The notes: generated by a model from the sequence alone, not told the origin. Counted from the stretch's first letter, positions 1 through 8,779 are shown. The stretch is DNA of 32,000 nt from Gallaecimonas sp. GXIMD4217 (GCF_038087665.1 NZ_CP149925.1:739455-771454); one strand, 5' to 3'. Numbers and translations: made by a program.

Positions 1-30
1 AGCCCTTGCCCCATCACAACGGCCGCTCCC

Positions 31-2346
31 CTAATGATCACTTGCGGGCTGCAGTTCCAGGCGCCACTTGGCCTGGCCGGCCAGCAGCGGCTGGGGACTG
101 CCCTCCAGCCAGGCGTCGTGGCCGGCCAGGTAATAGGGGCTGAGGGGGTGGCCGCTCTGGCCGCCCGGCATCACCAGTATGGCGTTTTCCTCCCGGCCCG
201 GGACCACCACCAGCCGTCCCGAGGCGCCGAAGCGGGCACCGCTGACATGGGGGGCGTGGGCGTCGCCGGATTGGGGGGCGGCCGGGGCGTCCAGGTAGCG
301 GCCGAGCCAAGGGGGCAGGGCGGCGCTCAGGGGATGACGGATGGCGCTGAGGTTCTGCTCCCCCCAGGTCGGCCAGTTGGCCTGGGCGTGATCGGCCACC
401 AGGCGGGCGGTGAGCTCGCTGAGCAGATCGTCCCAGCTCTGGTAGCCGGGGGGCAGCATGCTGTCGGGCCTGGCATTGAGCAACTGGCGCAGCGGGTATT
501 CCAGCTGGTTGTCCAGAGGCGAGGGATCGAACCTGGGCTCGGTCTTGGTCAGGCCGAACAGGGGCGCAAAGAGCCGCTTCATCAGGGCCTGGCGAAAGCC
601 CTTGATCAGCGGAAAGGCCCTCTCTTCCAGGCTGGCCCGTTGCTGCCAGCTGGACACCAGTCGCCTGGCCTTGACCACATCCGCCGAGGGCGGCAGCAGG
701 CTCAGCTCGGCATCCAGCCGGGTGGCCCAGTACTGGTAAAGGGGCACGCCGTCGTCATGCTGAATGGCGAAGAAGTCCTGTTCGTCGAAGCTGTCCCTGG
801 CGTAGAGGCGATCGCGGATCTGCCCGGCCCGGGCGCCAAGGGCGTAGCCGCCGTCGCCGATGCGCTCCAGCTCGGCGCCGCCCAGCATGCGCTGGTTGGC
901 ACTCCAGATCCGTCCCGTGGCCGGGTTGAGACGGCGGGGGTAGGCGCTGGCCGGCAGGCGCAGGGCAAAGGTCTTGTCGCCGTCGGCCAGGGACACCGGT
1001 GCCAGGCCGTCGTAGCCGCTGCGCTGGGGCAGGGGGCCGGCCGGGATCCAGGCCAGGTTGCCGCGGCGGTCGGCCAGCACCAGATTCTGGGTGGGAATGC
1101 CCATCTGGGGGGCCAGCGCCAGGGCGCAGGACACGTCCAGGCAGTGCACCAGCTCCAGCAGCTTGAGGTTGACGCCATCTTCCTGGTGGGCGGTCCACAG
1201 CTGGGCATAGGGGCGGCCGTCGGGCAGGGTGCCCATCACCGGGCCCCAGCGGCTCTCCTCGACGGTGAGGGTAACGGGCTCTGTGCCGGCCACCTGGATG
1301 GTTTCGGTGATCTTGGTCAAGGGCTCCGACCCGTCCGCTGTCCGATAATGGCCCTGCTCGTCCAGCTCCAGGGCCACCAGATCGGAAAAGTCGCCATAGG
1401 CGTTGGTGAAGCCCCAGGCCAGGTGGCCGTTGCTGCCGCTGACCAGGGCCGGGGCGCCGGGCAGGGTCAGGCCGGCCCTGAGCTGGCGGCCAACCCGGGC
1501 ACTGATGCGGTACCAGATATTGGGCACCCTCAGGGTCAGGTGCATGTCGTTGGCCAGCAGGGCCCGCCCGTCCTCGGTGAGGCGGCCGGACACCGCCCAG
1601 GCGTTGGAGCCGGGCAGCAGATCGCTGTCTTTTATGGTCACCTCGCCGGCCGGCAGCAGCTCGGCGGGCCAGGCCAGGGCCGGCATGGCCTTGAGTTGCA
1701 GCCTGCTGCCGTCCAGGGGGGCGTCCAGGGTGCCACCGCCCGGGGTGAGGAAGTCGACCAGCTCGGCGGGCCAGTGCTGGTTGAGGTAGGCCAGGCTCCA
1801 CTCCCTGGCCTCCAGGGTGCCCTGGAGATCCAGGTACATGGCGTAGATAACCAGCAGGGAGTCCTCCACCGTCCAGGCCTGGGGCTGCTGTCGCAGCAGC
1901 CAGTATTCGAAGGGTCTGCTGGCCAGTTCGTTCAGGCCGGCGTTAACTCCGGCCACGTAGGATTGCAGCAGCGCCTGTTGTGCCCGGTCGAGCCGCTGCC
2001 AGTTCTGCCTGGCACGGGCCCGGAAGCGGTGGCGGCGTAGATCCCGGTCGTGCTCCAGGGCTTTTTCGCCGAACAGGGCGGCCAGCTCGCCGGCGGCGGA
2101 GCGGCGCAGCAGGTCCATCTGGAAAAAGCGCTCCTGGCCGTGTAAAAAACCTAGAGCCCTGGCCATATCGGTTTCGTTTTCGGCCAGGATCAGGGGCACC
2201 CCCAGCTGGTCCCTGTCTATCCGAACCGGCTTTTCCAGGCCGGGCAGGGACAGGCGCCCCGCCAGGGTGGCGGTGCTGCTTTGCAGGAGCGCGTAAACGG
2301 AAAGGACGCTGACGATAACAAAGGCAATGGGCCATCTGTACCACAT
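31..2346 (-). CDS. Penicillin acylase / acyl-homoserine-lactone acylase family Ntn-hydrolase, secreted (771 aa)
   Basis: Same frame as track ORF 31..4113(-). I take the start at ATG 2346: AGGAA lies about 7 nt upstream and a hydrophobic signal anchor follows (MWYRWPIAFVIVSVLSVYALL). The 589 codons upstream are antisense to the GGDEF-EAL gene. Family motifs: LLPGSNAWAVSG (Ntn nucleophile Ser after the spacer), NDMHL, and PGGQSGHP near the C-terminus. Confidence 0.85.
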   Translation of the reverse strand: MWYRWPIAFVIVSVLSVYALLQSSTATLAGRLSLPGLEKPVRIDRDQLGVPLILAENETDMARALGFLHGQERFFQMDLLRRSAAGELAALFGEKALEHDRDLRRHRFRARARQNWQRLDRAQQALLQSYVAGVNAGLNELASRPFEYWLLRQQPQAWTVEDSLLVIYAMYLDLQGTLEAREWSLAYLNQHWPAELVDFLTPGGGTLDAPLDGSRLQLKAMPALAWPAELLPAGEVTIKDSDLLPGSNAWAVSGRLTEDGRALLANDMHLTLRVPNIWYRISARVGRQLRAGLTLPGAPALVSGSNGHLAWGFTNAYGDFSDLVALELDEQGHYRTADGSEPLTKITETIQVAGTEPVTLTVEESRWGPVMGTLPDGRPYAQLWTAHQEDGVNLKLLELVHCLDVSCALALAPQMGIPTQNLVLADRRGNLAWIPAGPLPQRSGYDGLAPVSLADGDKTFALRLPASAYPRRLNPATGRIWSANQRMLGGAELERIGDGGYALGARAGQIRDRLYARDSFDEQDFFAIQHDDGVPLYQYWATRLDAELSLLPPSADVVKARRLVSSWQQRASLEERAFPLIKGFRQALMKRLFAPLFGLTKTEPRFDPSPLDNQLEYPLRQLLNARPDSMLPPGYQSWDDLLSELTARLVADHAQANWPTWGEQNLSAIRHPLSAALPPWLGRYLDAPAAPQSGDAHAPHVSGARFGASGRLVVVPGREENAILVMPGGQSGHPLSPYYLAGHDAWLEGSPQPLLAGQAKWRLELQPASDH

Positions 2347-2433
2347 GGGGGTTGTTCCTGTGCTGGGCCGGGCTCGGATAGCCAAGATAACCATTGATTT
2401 GACCACATTCCACTCATTGCGCTGGGTATTGTT

Positions 2434-4275
2434 ATGGGCCTTTGGCTGCGGTTGTTCTCCCTTCCCGTCCTGCTGGCGATCCTGGCAGCCCTGTGTTGGT
2501 ACCAGGGCTGGCTGGCGCCGCTGTCCCAACCCTGGATCCTGCTGGCCCTGGTGGCCGTCTGCATCCCCTGGATGGCCTGGCAGAGCCATGCCTATATCCA
2601 CAGCTGGCTGGCCCTGACCCACAAGGACTCGCTGCCGACCCTGGTGCAGCGCCACCTGCAGCTGGAGGAAAAGGACAGGGCCCTCAGCCAGCTCAAGGTC
2701 CAGGCCGAAGAAGGCTGGCTGAAACTGGACAAGGACTTCTGCATCGAGGCCCTGGACGGCCAGGCGGCGCGGCTGCTGGCGGTGAAGCCTGAGGAGGTCA
2801 TGGGCCGCAACCTGATCTCCCTGGACAGCCTGCGCTGGCCCTACGCCGAGCTCAAGAGCTGGCAGGCGTCCGGCGCCAGCCAGGGCCAGTGGCAGGCCGG
2901 CGGCCTGGATCTGTTCGGCTTCCAGCTCAGGGGCCATTACTGGCTGCTGCTGCGGGCCGACAGCCGGCTGCAAAAGGAAAACCGCCGCCTGCGCCAGTAC
3001 ATCCGCCGCGATCCCCTCACCGGCCTCTACAACCGCCAGCGCTTCGTGCAGCTGCTGACCCGGCGCTGCGAGGAAAAGCCCCTGGGCCTGCTGGTGCAGC
3101 TCAACGTCCACCACTTCCGCCTGTTCAACGACACCATCGGCTTCGCCGCCGGCGACGTGTTGCTGCAGACCCTGGGCAAGACGCTGCAGGAGGCCCTTCA
3201 CCATGGCGAACTGGCCGCCCGCGGCGGCGGCGACGTGTTCTGGCTGCTGCTGGACAAGGCCGACAACTGGCAGGCCAGGCTCGAGGAGCTGCTGACCAGG
3301 CTGGGCGAGCTGCCCTGCCTGTGGCAGGACAGCGCCATTCGCCTGGATCTGATCGCCGGGGTGGCGGAGCTGGAGCCGGAGCTGGATCCCTGGGAGCTGC
3401 TGCGCCGGGCCGACGTGGCCTGCCACCACGCCAGTGAAACCGAGCTGGCCTGGCAGCGCTACCAGGAGGACTTGCCCGGCATCGACAACCGCCAGCAGGC
3501 CAGCCAGTGGGCCCAGAAGGTGTCCCGGGCCCTGGCCGTGGACGACTTCCTGCTCTTCTACCAGCCGCTGATGTCCCTGAAGCACCCCATGGGCCCCTTC
3601 AAGGCCGAGGTGCTGGTGCGCATGGTGGCCGACGACGGCACCCTGGTCAGCCCCGGGCGCTTCCTGGCGGCGGCGGAACGCTTCAAGCTGATGAAGCAGC
3701 TGGACCGCTGGGTGCTCAAGTCGGTCATCGACTGGCTCGGCCAGCACCGGGACTGCTGGGACAGGTTGATCCTGGCCGTGAACCTGTCCGGGGAGTCCAT
3801 GACCGATCCGCTGCTGGCCAGGCAGATCAGCCAGTGGCTGCTGGAGGCCGGCGTGCCTGGGCGCTGCCTGTGCGTGGAGATCACCGAGTCGGTGGCCATC
3901 GACAGCCTGCCCAGGGCCAGGCGCTTCATGGCCAGCCTGCAGAAGCTGGGCATCCGCTTCGCCCTGGATGACTTCGGCACCGGCTTTTCCTCCTTCCGCT
4001 ATCTGCAGAACCTGCCGGTGGACTACGTGAAGATCGACGGCTCCTTGATCCGGGATCTGGCCGGCAACCAGCGCGACCGGGCCATGGTCCAGGCCCTGGC
4101 CACCGTCTGCCATTCCTTGTCGCTGCCGGTGGTGGCGGAGTTCGTGGACGACGAGCGGCTGCTGCCCATCCTCAGGGAGCTGGGGGTGGACTTCGCCCAG
4201 GGCAACCTTATCGGCCGGCCGTCCCGCCTCGACCTGCTGCCCCAGGAACTGAACCCGGCCCAGCAGCAGGCCTGA
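2434..4275 (+). CDS. Membrane-anchored PAS-GGDEF-EAL cyclic-di-GMP signalling protein (GGDEF signature degenerate: GGDVF)
   Basis: 613-aa ORF with two N-terminal hydrophobic helices and a PAS-like segment (FCIEALDGQAARLLAVKPEEVMGRNL). GGDEF domain: RDPLTGLYNRQ ... RGGGDVF. EAL domain: YQPL, EVLVR, EITES, DDFGTGFSS, KIDGS, QGNLIGRP. Confidence 0.85.
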   Translation: MGLWLRLFSLPVLLAILAALCWYQGWLAPLSQPWILLALVAVCIPWMAWQSHAYIHSWLALTHKDSLPTLVQRHLQLEEKDRALSQLKVQAEEGWLKLDKDFCIEALDGQAARLLAVKPEEVMGRNLISLDSLRWPYAELKSWQASGASQGQWQAGGLDLFGFQLRGHYWLLLRADSRLQKENRRLRQYIRRDPLTGLYNRQRFVQLLTRRCEEKPLGLLVQLNVHHFRLFNDTIGFAAGDVLLQTLGKTLQEALHHGELAARGGGDVFWLLLDKADNWQARLEELLTRLGELPCLWQDSAIRLDLIAGVAELEPELDPWELLRRADVACHHASETELAWQRYQEDLPGIDNRQQASQWAQKVSRALAVDDFLLFYQPLMSLKHPMGPFKAEVLVRMVADDGTLVSPGRFLAAAERFKLMKQLDRWVLKSVIDWLGQHRDCWDRLILAVNLSGESMTDPLLARQISQWLLEAGVPGRCLCVEITESVAIDSLPRARRFMASLQKLGIRFALDDFGTGFSSFRYLQNLPVDYVKIDGSLIRDLAGNQRDRAMVQALATVCHSLSLPVVAEFVDDERLLPILRELGVDFAQGNLIGRPSRLDLLPQELNPAQQQA

Positions 4276-4286
4276 GCCACGGGCAT

Positions 4287-4318
4287 AAAAAAACAGGGCC
4301 TTTCGGCCCTGTTTTCTT
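4287..4318. terminator. Bidirectional rho-independent terminator shared by the GGDEF-EAL gene and raiA
   Basis: Stem acagggcc (4293-4300), loop tttc, stem ggccctgt (4305-4312). An A-run lies on the left and TTTTCTT on the right. Confidence 0.7.
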
Positions 4319-4333
4319 GTCCGGCTGGGTCAA

Positions 4334-4669
4334 TCAGACCGCGGCCAGCTGGCGCAGGGTCTCCTTGCCGCTGCGGGCGGCGCGGTGGGCCACCGGCTTT
4401 TCCTTCTGGCTCTTCAGCTGGCGCTCCAGCTTCTGGCCCAGGTTGTTGACGGCGGTGTACATGTCCTCGTGCTGGGCCTCGGCGAACAGATCCCCCTGGG
4501 GAATGCCGACAGTGGCTTCGATATGGAACTGGTCTCCTTCCTTCTTGACGATGACATGGGGGTTGATTAGGGGCACTTGCAGCTTTTTCAGCTTATCGAA
4601 TCGGCTTTGGATGCGGTCTTTCAGGGGAGCGGTAACGGTGAATGTTTTGCTGGTGATTTCAACAGGCAT
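4334..4669 (-). CDS. raiA: Ribosome-associated translation inhibitor RaiA (YfiA) / hibernation factor family
   Basis: 111 aa, colinear with my recollection of E. coli YfiA/RaiA: ITSK, LINPHVIV, HEDMYTAVN, KLERQL, and a basic C-terminal tail. GGAGG lies 5 nt upstream of the ATG. Confidence 0.85.
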   Translation of the reverse strand: MPVEITSKTFTVTAPLKDRIQSRFDKLKKLQVPLINPHVIVKKEGDQFHIEATVGIPQGDLFAEAQHEDMYTAVNNLGQKLERQLKSQKEKPVAHRAARSGKETLRQLAAV

Positions 4670-4736
4670 GGGGACCTCCGCATATTGCTTTTCTCTAGCC
4701 TCGACTTCACATTACTCCCGTCCGGACAGAAAAAGG

Positions 4737-4752
4737 TGTGATCCAGATCAAC
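4737..4752 (-). promoter_or_regulatory. CRP/FNR-family type palindrome upstream of raiA
   Basis: The plus strand reads TGTGATCCAGATCAAC. This fits GTGAT-N4-ATCAA (9/10 to the FNR consensus TTGAT-N4-ATCAA) or TGTGA-N6-TCAAC (CRP-like, good left half). A possible -10 AGTAAT (complement of 4712-4717) would put the site centre near -40. Confidence 0.35.
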
Positions 4753-4864
4753 CTTTTTCACGGCCAGGTCGGCAAGCTGTTTTTTGTGTGAGAAAGCCGG
4801 AAAAGCCGCGATCAAACCCTTGCCGGGAAAGCTTTCCCTCAGGCATAGTTGAGAGGATTTCACC

Positions 4865-6037
4865 TTGCCCCTGTTACCCGAAAATCCCCTGTCCCCCTCC
4901 CTGACCAGGCAATTGCTGTCGCTGCGCTACGCCCTGTGGCTGAGCGAAGGCGCCATGCTGGCCTGGATCCGTTTCGCCGGCCTCGACTTCGACTATCCGC
5001 TGCTGCTGGCCTGCTGGCTGGGCCATTGGCTGGCCATCAGCCTCAACCTGCTGCCGGCCCTGCGCCGTCGCCACCTGCTGCCGGGGCTGCTGCTGGACAT
5101 TGCCGCCCTGACGTTGCTCTTTGCCCTGTCCGGGGCCAGGGCCAACCCCTTCGTCAGCCTCTACCTGCTGCCGGTGGTGATCACCGTGCTGCTGATGCCG
5201 GGCCGCCCGGCGCTGCTGGCGGGGCTGGCGGCGGCCCTGGGCTACAGCGGCCTGATGCTGTTGCCCGAGTCCCACCAGTGGCACCAGGGCGGCCACTACT
5301 GGGGCATGTGGGCCAACGGCCTGCTGACCCTGGTGCTGCTGCTGTTCTTTGCCGGCCGCATGGGCGCCCAGCTCAGCCGCCAGCGCCAGCACCTGGCCGA
5401 GCTGCGGGAAGAGCAGCTCAGGAGCGAGCGGGTGATGGCGGTGGCGGGCCAGGCGGCCCTGGCCGCCCACCAGCTGTCCACGCCACTGTCGGTGGCCAGG
5501 CTGAGCGTGGACGAGCTGGCCCTGGAGTCCGCCGATCCCCGCCTGGTCGAGATCCGCACCGCCCTGGAGCGCTGCCAGCAGGCCCTGCTTGGGATCCGCG
5601 CCGCTGCCGACCAGGCCGAGCATCCCCATCCCATGGCCCTGGCCGAGCTGTTCGAACAGCTCGACAGGCAGTGGCAGCTGCTCAGGCCCGGGATCCCGCT
5701 GTGGCTGCCGGACGCAGGCGACATCCGCATCAGGGGCGACGCCAGCCTGGTGCCGGCGCTGCTGAACCTGCTGGACAACAGCGCCCACGCCGGCGGCGGC
5801 CGGCCCATAGAGATCAGGTGCCGGCAAGGGGACGGCAAGCTGCTGCTGCACATCCTCGACCAGGGCCAGGGCCTGGGCCCGGAGCTGGCCCTGGACAGGC
5901 CCAGGGAGTCCGACAAGGGCGGCCTGGGCCTGGGGCTGTTCCTGGCCCACGCCAGCCTGGAGCGGCTGGGGGGGCGGTTGTCCCTGGCCGAGGTGCAGGG
6001 ACAACACCGGGTGGAGGTGAGCCTGTGTCTGAGCTGA
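4865..6037 (+). CDS. regB: RegB/PrrB/RoxS-family redox-responsive sensor histidine kinase
   Basis: Polytopic N-terminus carrying GARANPF (5132-5152), which matches the GGXXNPF quinone-site motif of RegB. H-box AAHQLSTPLS, with a Cys 35 residues after the His (ALERCQQAL), similar to the RegB redox Cys. ATPase boxes NLLDNSAHAG, DQGQGLG, GLGLGLFLA. The TTG start at 4865 (GAGG 8 nt upstream) is uncertain. Confidence 0.8.
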   Translation: MPLLPENPLSPSLTRQLLSLRYALWLSEGAMLAWIRFAGLDFDYPLLLACWLGHWLAISLNLLPALRRRHLLPGLLLDIAALTLLFALSGARANPFVSLYLLPVVITVLLMPGRPALLAGLAAALGYSGLMLLPESHQWHQGGHYWGMWANGLLTLVLLLFFAGRMGAQLSRQRQHLAELREEQLRSERVMAVAGQAALAAHQLSTPLSVARLSVDELALESADPRLVEIRTALERCQQALLGIRAAADQAEHPHPMALAELFEQLDRQWQLLRPGIPLWLPDAGDIRIRGDASLVPALLNLLDNSAHAGGGRPIEIRCRQGDGKLLLHILDQGQGLGPELALDRPRESDKGGLGLGLFLAHASLERLGGRLSLAEVQGQHRVEVSLCLS

Positions 6038-6555
6038 AGCTGTTACTGTTGGAAGACGACGCCGCCCTGGCCGCCACCCTGGCCAGGGTGCTGGGGCGCC
6101 AGGGCTACGGCGTCACCCACCTGGCCAGCGGCGAGACCCTGCTGGCCACCGCCGAGCGGCTCAGGCCCCAGGTGGTGCTGCTGGATCTGAAGCTGGCCGA
6201 AGGCACCAGCCTGGGCCTGGTGGCGCCGCTGAGGGCGCTGCTGCCCGAGGCGCGCGTGCTGATGATCACCGGCTTTGCCTCCATCGCCACCGCCGTGGCC
6301 GCCATCAAGGCCGGCGCCGACGACTACCTGCCCAAGCCCCTGGACTTGGCCACGCTGTTGCAGAAGATCGGCGGCGAGGCCCTGGAGGCCGAGCCCGGGG
6401 CCGAGCGGCACCTGTCGCCCCAGCGCCTGGAATGGGAGCACATCCAGCAGGTGCTGGCGGAAAACGACGGCAACGTCTCGGCCACGGCCCGGGCCCTGGG
6501 CATGCACAGGCGTACCCTGCAACGCAAACTGGCCAAGCATCCGGTCAGAAGCTGA
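6025..6555 (+). CDS. regA: RegA/PrrA/RoxR-family response regulator (receiver + Fis-type HTH)
   Basis: GTG start at 6025 preceded by GGAGG; it overlaps the regB stop by 13 nt. Receiver motifs: LLLLEDD, VVLLDLKL, KAGADDYLPKP. C-terminal HTH: NVSATARALGMHRRTLQRKL. Only the last 176 codons of track ORF 4849..6555 are real. Confidence 0.87.
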   Translation: MSELKLLLLEDDAALAATLARVLGRQGYGVTHLASGETLLATAERLRPQVVLLDLKLAEGTSLGLVAPLRALLPEARVLMITGFASIATAVAAIKAGADDYLPKPLDLATLLQKIGGEALEAEPGAERHLSPQRLEWEHIQQVLAENDGNVSATARALGMHRRTLQRKLAKHPVRS

Positions 6556-6632
6556 GGGCCCCTTTGCCGCCAGCTGGCGCTTGGCTACGCCCGGCGCCTT
6601 CCTTGGCAACGCAAACTGGCCAAGCATCCGGT
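6519..6632 (+). repeat. Direct repeat: the regA 3' end (27 nt perfect) duplicated 87 bp downstream
   Basis: gcaacgcaaactggccaagcatccggt occurs at 6519-6545 and again at 6606-6632. Both copies run into an in-frame TGA 10 nt later (HPVRS* versus HPVRA*). Confidence 0.9.
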
Positions 6633-6690
6633 GCGAGCCTGAGTCATCTATTCCCGCAGTTCTCTGGCCGCTCAATCATCCTGGCCTGAA

Positions 6691-6717
6691 TAAAAAAGCC
6701 CCACCTGTGGGTGGGGC
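6691..6717 (-). terminator. Rho-independent terminator of the TonB-dependent receptor gene
   Basis: Stem gccccacc (6698-6705) pairs with ggtggggc (6710-6717) around a 4-nt loop. On the minus strand the hairpin is followed by TTTTTTA (6697-6691). Confidence 0.7.
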
Positions 6718-6749
6718 AAACATCTTCTGCGAAGTGTCGTCGGCTTGCG

Positions 6750-8699
6750 TCAGAAGGCGTAACGCCAGCTCAGCCCCAGGCTGCGGCCGGGCTCCGGCAG
6801 GCGCTGACCCTTGGCGGCGGCCTTACTGTCGATGCGGCTGACGCCGTTCAGGTGTGGCCGGTAGCCCTTGTCCAGGAGGTTGTCCAGGGCCAGGTGCCAC
6901 TGGCCCCAGGCGCTTGGCCAGTCCAGGCTCAGGGACCAGACCCCGAAACCGGGGGAGCGGGTCTCGCCGTTCAGGCGGTTGACCCTGTCCTGGCTGGCCA
7001 CCAGCCAGCCCTGCAGTTGCCACTGCCAGCCATGCTGCTGGCCGGTCAGGGCCAGGCGGGCCTGATCCGGCGCCACCCGGTATAGCCAGGCGTCGTTGTC
7101 CCTGTCCCTGGCCCGCACCAGGCTGTAGTGGCCCGACAGCATCAGGTTGTCGGCAAGGGCGGTCTCGGCGGTCAGCTCCAGGCCCCAGAGCAGGGCGTCG
7201 GTGTTGGCAAAGCACAGCGGCTCATCGTCGTTCATCATGGCCGCCGCCATCTTGATGGCCATGTCGGTGCAGGGCAGGCCCTGGATGTAGTCGTCCACCT
7301 GGTTGGCGAAGACGCCCAGCTCCACCGTGCTGTCCGCGCCCAGCCAGCTCAGGCCGGCGTCCAGCTGCAGCGCGGTCTCGGGAGCCAGTTCCGGGTTGCC
7401 CACATAGGTGCGGCCGTCGGCCAGGCCGCCGGAGGCCTGCATGGGCAGCCAGAGGTAACGGGCCTGGTAGTCCGGCACCTTGACCTTGCGGGCCAGGGTC
7501 AGCTGGCCTTCCCAGTCGTCGCCGAGCTGCCAGGCCTTGCGAGCATAGGCCTCCCAGAAGCTGTCGTCCTGATTGGCCTTGTCGAAGCGATCCAGCAGGG
7601 TGGCGATGGCCGGCATCATGGCCGCCATGGCATGGCGGGGCCGCTCGGCGTCGCCCTGGTGGTGGCTGGCCCGCAGCCCCAGCAGCCAGTCGCCGTTGTC
7701 GTACTCGGCCAGGGCGCTGAGGAAGTCCTGGCTGACATCGTTGAAGGTATCCACCAGGAACATGGGGTTGTTGGGATCGGTGACGGTGGCGTCGTGGCGG
7801 CTCTGCTGCCAGTCCAGGGCCAGCAGCCAGTGCTGTTGCTGCCAGGCCAGGCGGGCGGCGTTGGCGCGGCCCCTGGCCAGGGTCTGGCGGCTCATCATGG
7901 CGGCCGGACGCTGGCTGAAATTGTCCATCAGGTGATCGGTCTGCTGGTGGCTGGCCACCAGCGACCAGGGTCCGGCCTGCCAGCCGGCCTGCCAGAGATG
8001 GGCATGGATGTAGTTGATGTCCATGGGCAGGGCCGGGGTGGTGGCATCTTGGGTGTCCTGGTACTGGTAGTCCAGCCACAGTTCCTGCTCGCCCTGGTGG
8101 CGCAGATTCAGGCGGCCGTGGCTGCGCTCGTATTGCTGGGGCAGGGCGCCGAAGGCGCTGTCGCGATCGCCGCCCTTCTGCCACTGGCCGGACAGGCGCA
8201 GGCCCTGGCTGCCGTTGCCCAGGTTGAGGGCGGCGCTGCCCTGGCGGTGGCGGTCGCCGCCGTTAAGGCCCAGGGCCAGGTTGCCGATGAGGCCGGCGCC
8301 CGTGTCGGCCATCAGCCGCTCCAGGGCGATGGCGCCACCCAGGGTCTGGATGCCGGCGGACAGGGGCGCCGGGCCATCGTGCAGGCGCAGCTCGGCGATT
8401 TCCGAGCTGGGCACCTGGGACAGGCGGCTGTCCATGGCATTGGGGCCGGCGGTGAGCAGCTCCAGGCCGCTGAGGTTGACGCCGATGCGGTTGCCGAACA
8501 GGCCGCGGTAGCCGGCCAGCTTGGTGAGGCGGCCGTTTTCGGGCAGGGCGGCGCCGGGGGCCTTTTCCAGCAGGTCGCTGCTGTCCGGGGCCAGATCCCG
8601 GGCCGGCCGGGTCTCGGTGACGCTGATGACCTCGATATCCTCCTCGGCCAGGGCCGGGCAGGCAAGCAGGATGCACAGAGATAAGTGTCTAATTTTCAT
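6750..8699 (-). CDS. TonB-dependent outer-membrane receptor (649 aa)
   Basis: Start at ATG 8699 with signal peptide MKIRHLSLCILLACPALA. TonB-box/plug region EEDIEVISVTETR, beta-barrel-like alternating pattern, and the typical C-terminal LGLSWRYAF. Substrate is not inferable. Confidence 0.85.
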   Translation of the reverse strand: MKIRHLSLCILLACPALAEEDIEVISVTETRPARDLAPDSSDLLEKAPGAALPENGRLTKLAGYRGLFGNRIGVNLSGLELLTAGPNAMDSRLSQVPSSEIAELRLHDGPAPLSAGIQTLGGAIALERLMADTGAGLIGNLALGLNGGDRHRQGSAALNLGNGSQGLRLSGQWQKGGDRDSAFGALPQQYERSHGRLNLRHQGEQELWLDYQYQDTQDATTPALPMDINYIHAHLWQAGWQAGPWSLVASHQQTDHLMDNFSQRPAAMMSRQTLARGRANAARLAWQQQHWLLALDWQQSRHDATVTDPNNPMFLVDTFNDVSQDFLSALAEYDNGDWLLGLRASHHQGDAERPRHAMAAMMPAIATLLDRFDKANQDDSFWEAYARKAWQLGDDWEGQLTLARKVKVPDYQARYLWLPMQASGGLADGRTYVGNPELAPETALQLDAGLSWLGADSTVELGVFANQVDDYIQGLPCTDMAIKMAAAMMNDDEPLCFANTDALLWGLELTAETALADNLMLSGHYSLVRARDRDNDAWLYRVAPDQARLALTGQQHGWQWQLQGWLVASQDRVNRLNGETRSPGFGVWSLSLDWPSAWGQWHLALDNLLDKGYRPHLNGVSRIDSKAAAKGQRLPEPGRSLGLSWRYAF

Positions 8700-8702
8700 A
8701 AA

Positions 8703-8733
8703 AATACCGCCAGGTAAATTGCCTGGCGGTATT
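8703..8733 (-). terminator. Perfect 12-bp stem-loop with a U-rich tail, ending 3 nt before the receptor ATG
   Basis: aataccgccagg (8703-8714) pairs with cctggcggtatt (8722-8733) around a 7-nt loop. The minus strand reads hairpin-TTT-ATG. A second small hairpin, gggcagg/cctgccc, lies at 8742-8758. Confidence 0.5.
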
Positions 8734-8779
8734 GTATGAAGGGGCAGGGGGCCTGCCCATGTGGCAGATTGTCGCACCC

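Noticed and set aside
2347-4113. The N-terminal 589 codons of the 1360-aa track ORF 31..4113(-)
   Set aside because: They are antisense to the well-supported GGDEF-EAL gene and have low-complexity Gly/Ala/Gln/Leu composition with no family motifs. The acylase has its own RBS and signal anchor at ATG 2346. This is a high-GC shadow ORF.
4849-6024. The upstream 392 codons of track ORF 4849..6555(+)
   Set aside because: They overlap regB out of frame and are Pro/Ala/Gly/Arg-rich. regA starts at GTG 6025, behind GGAGG.
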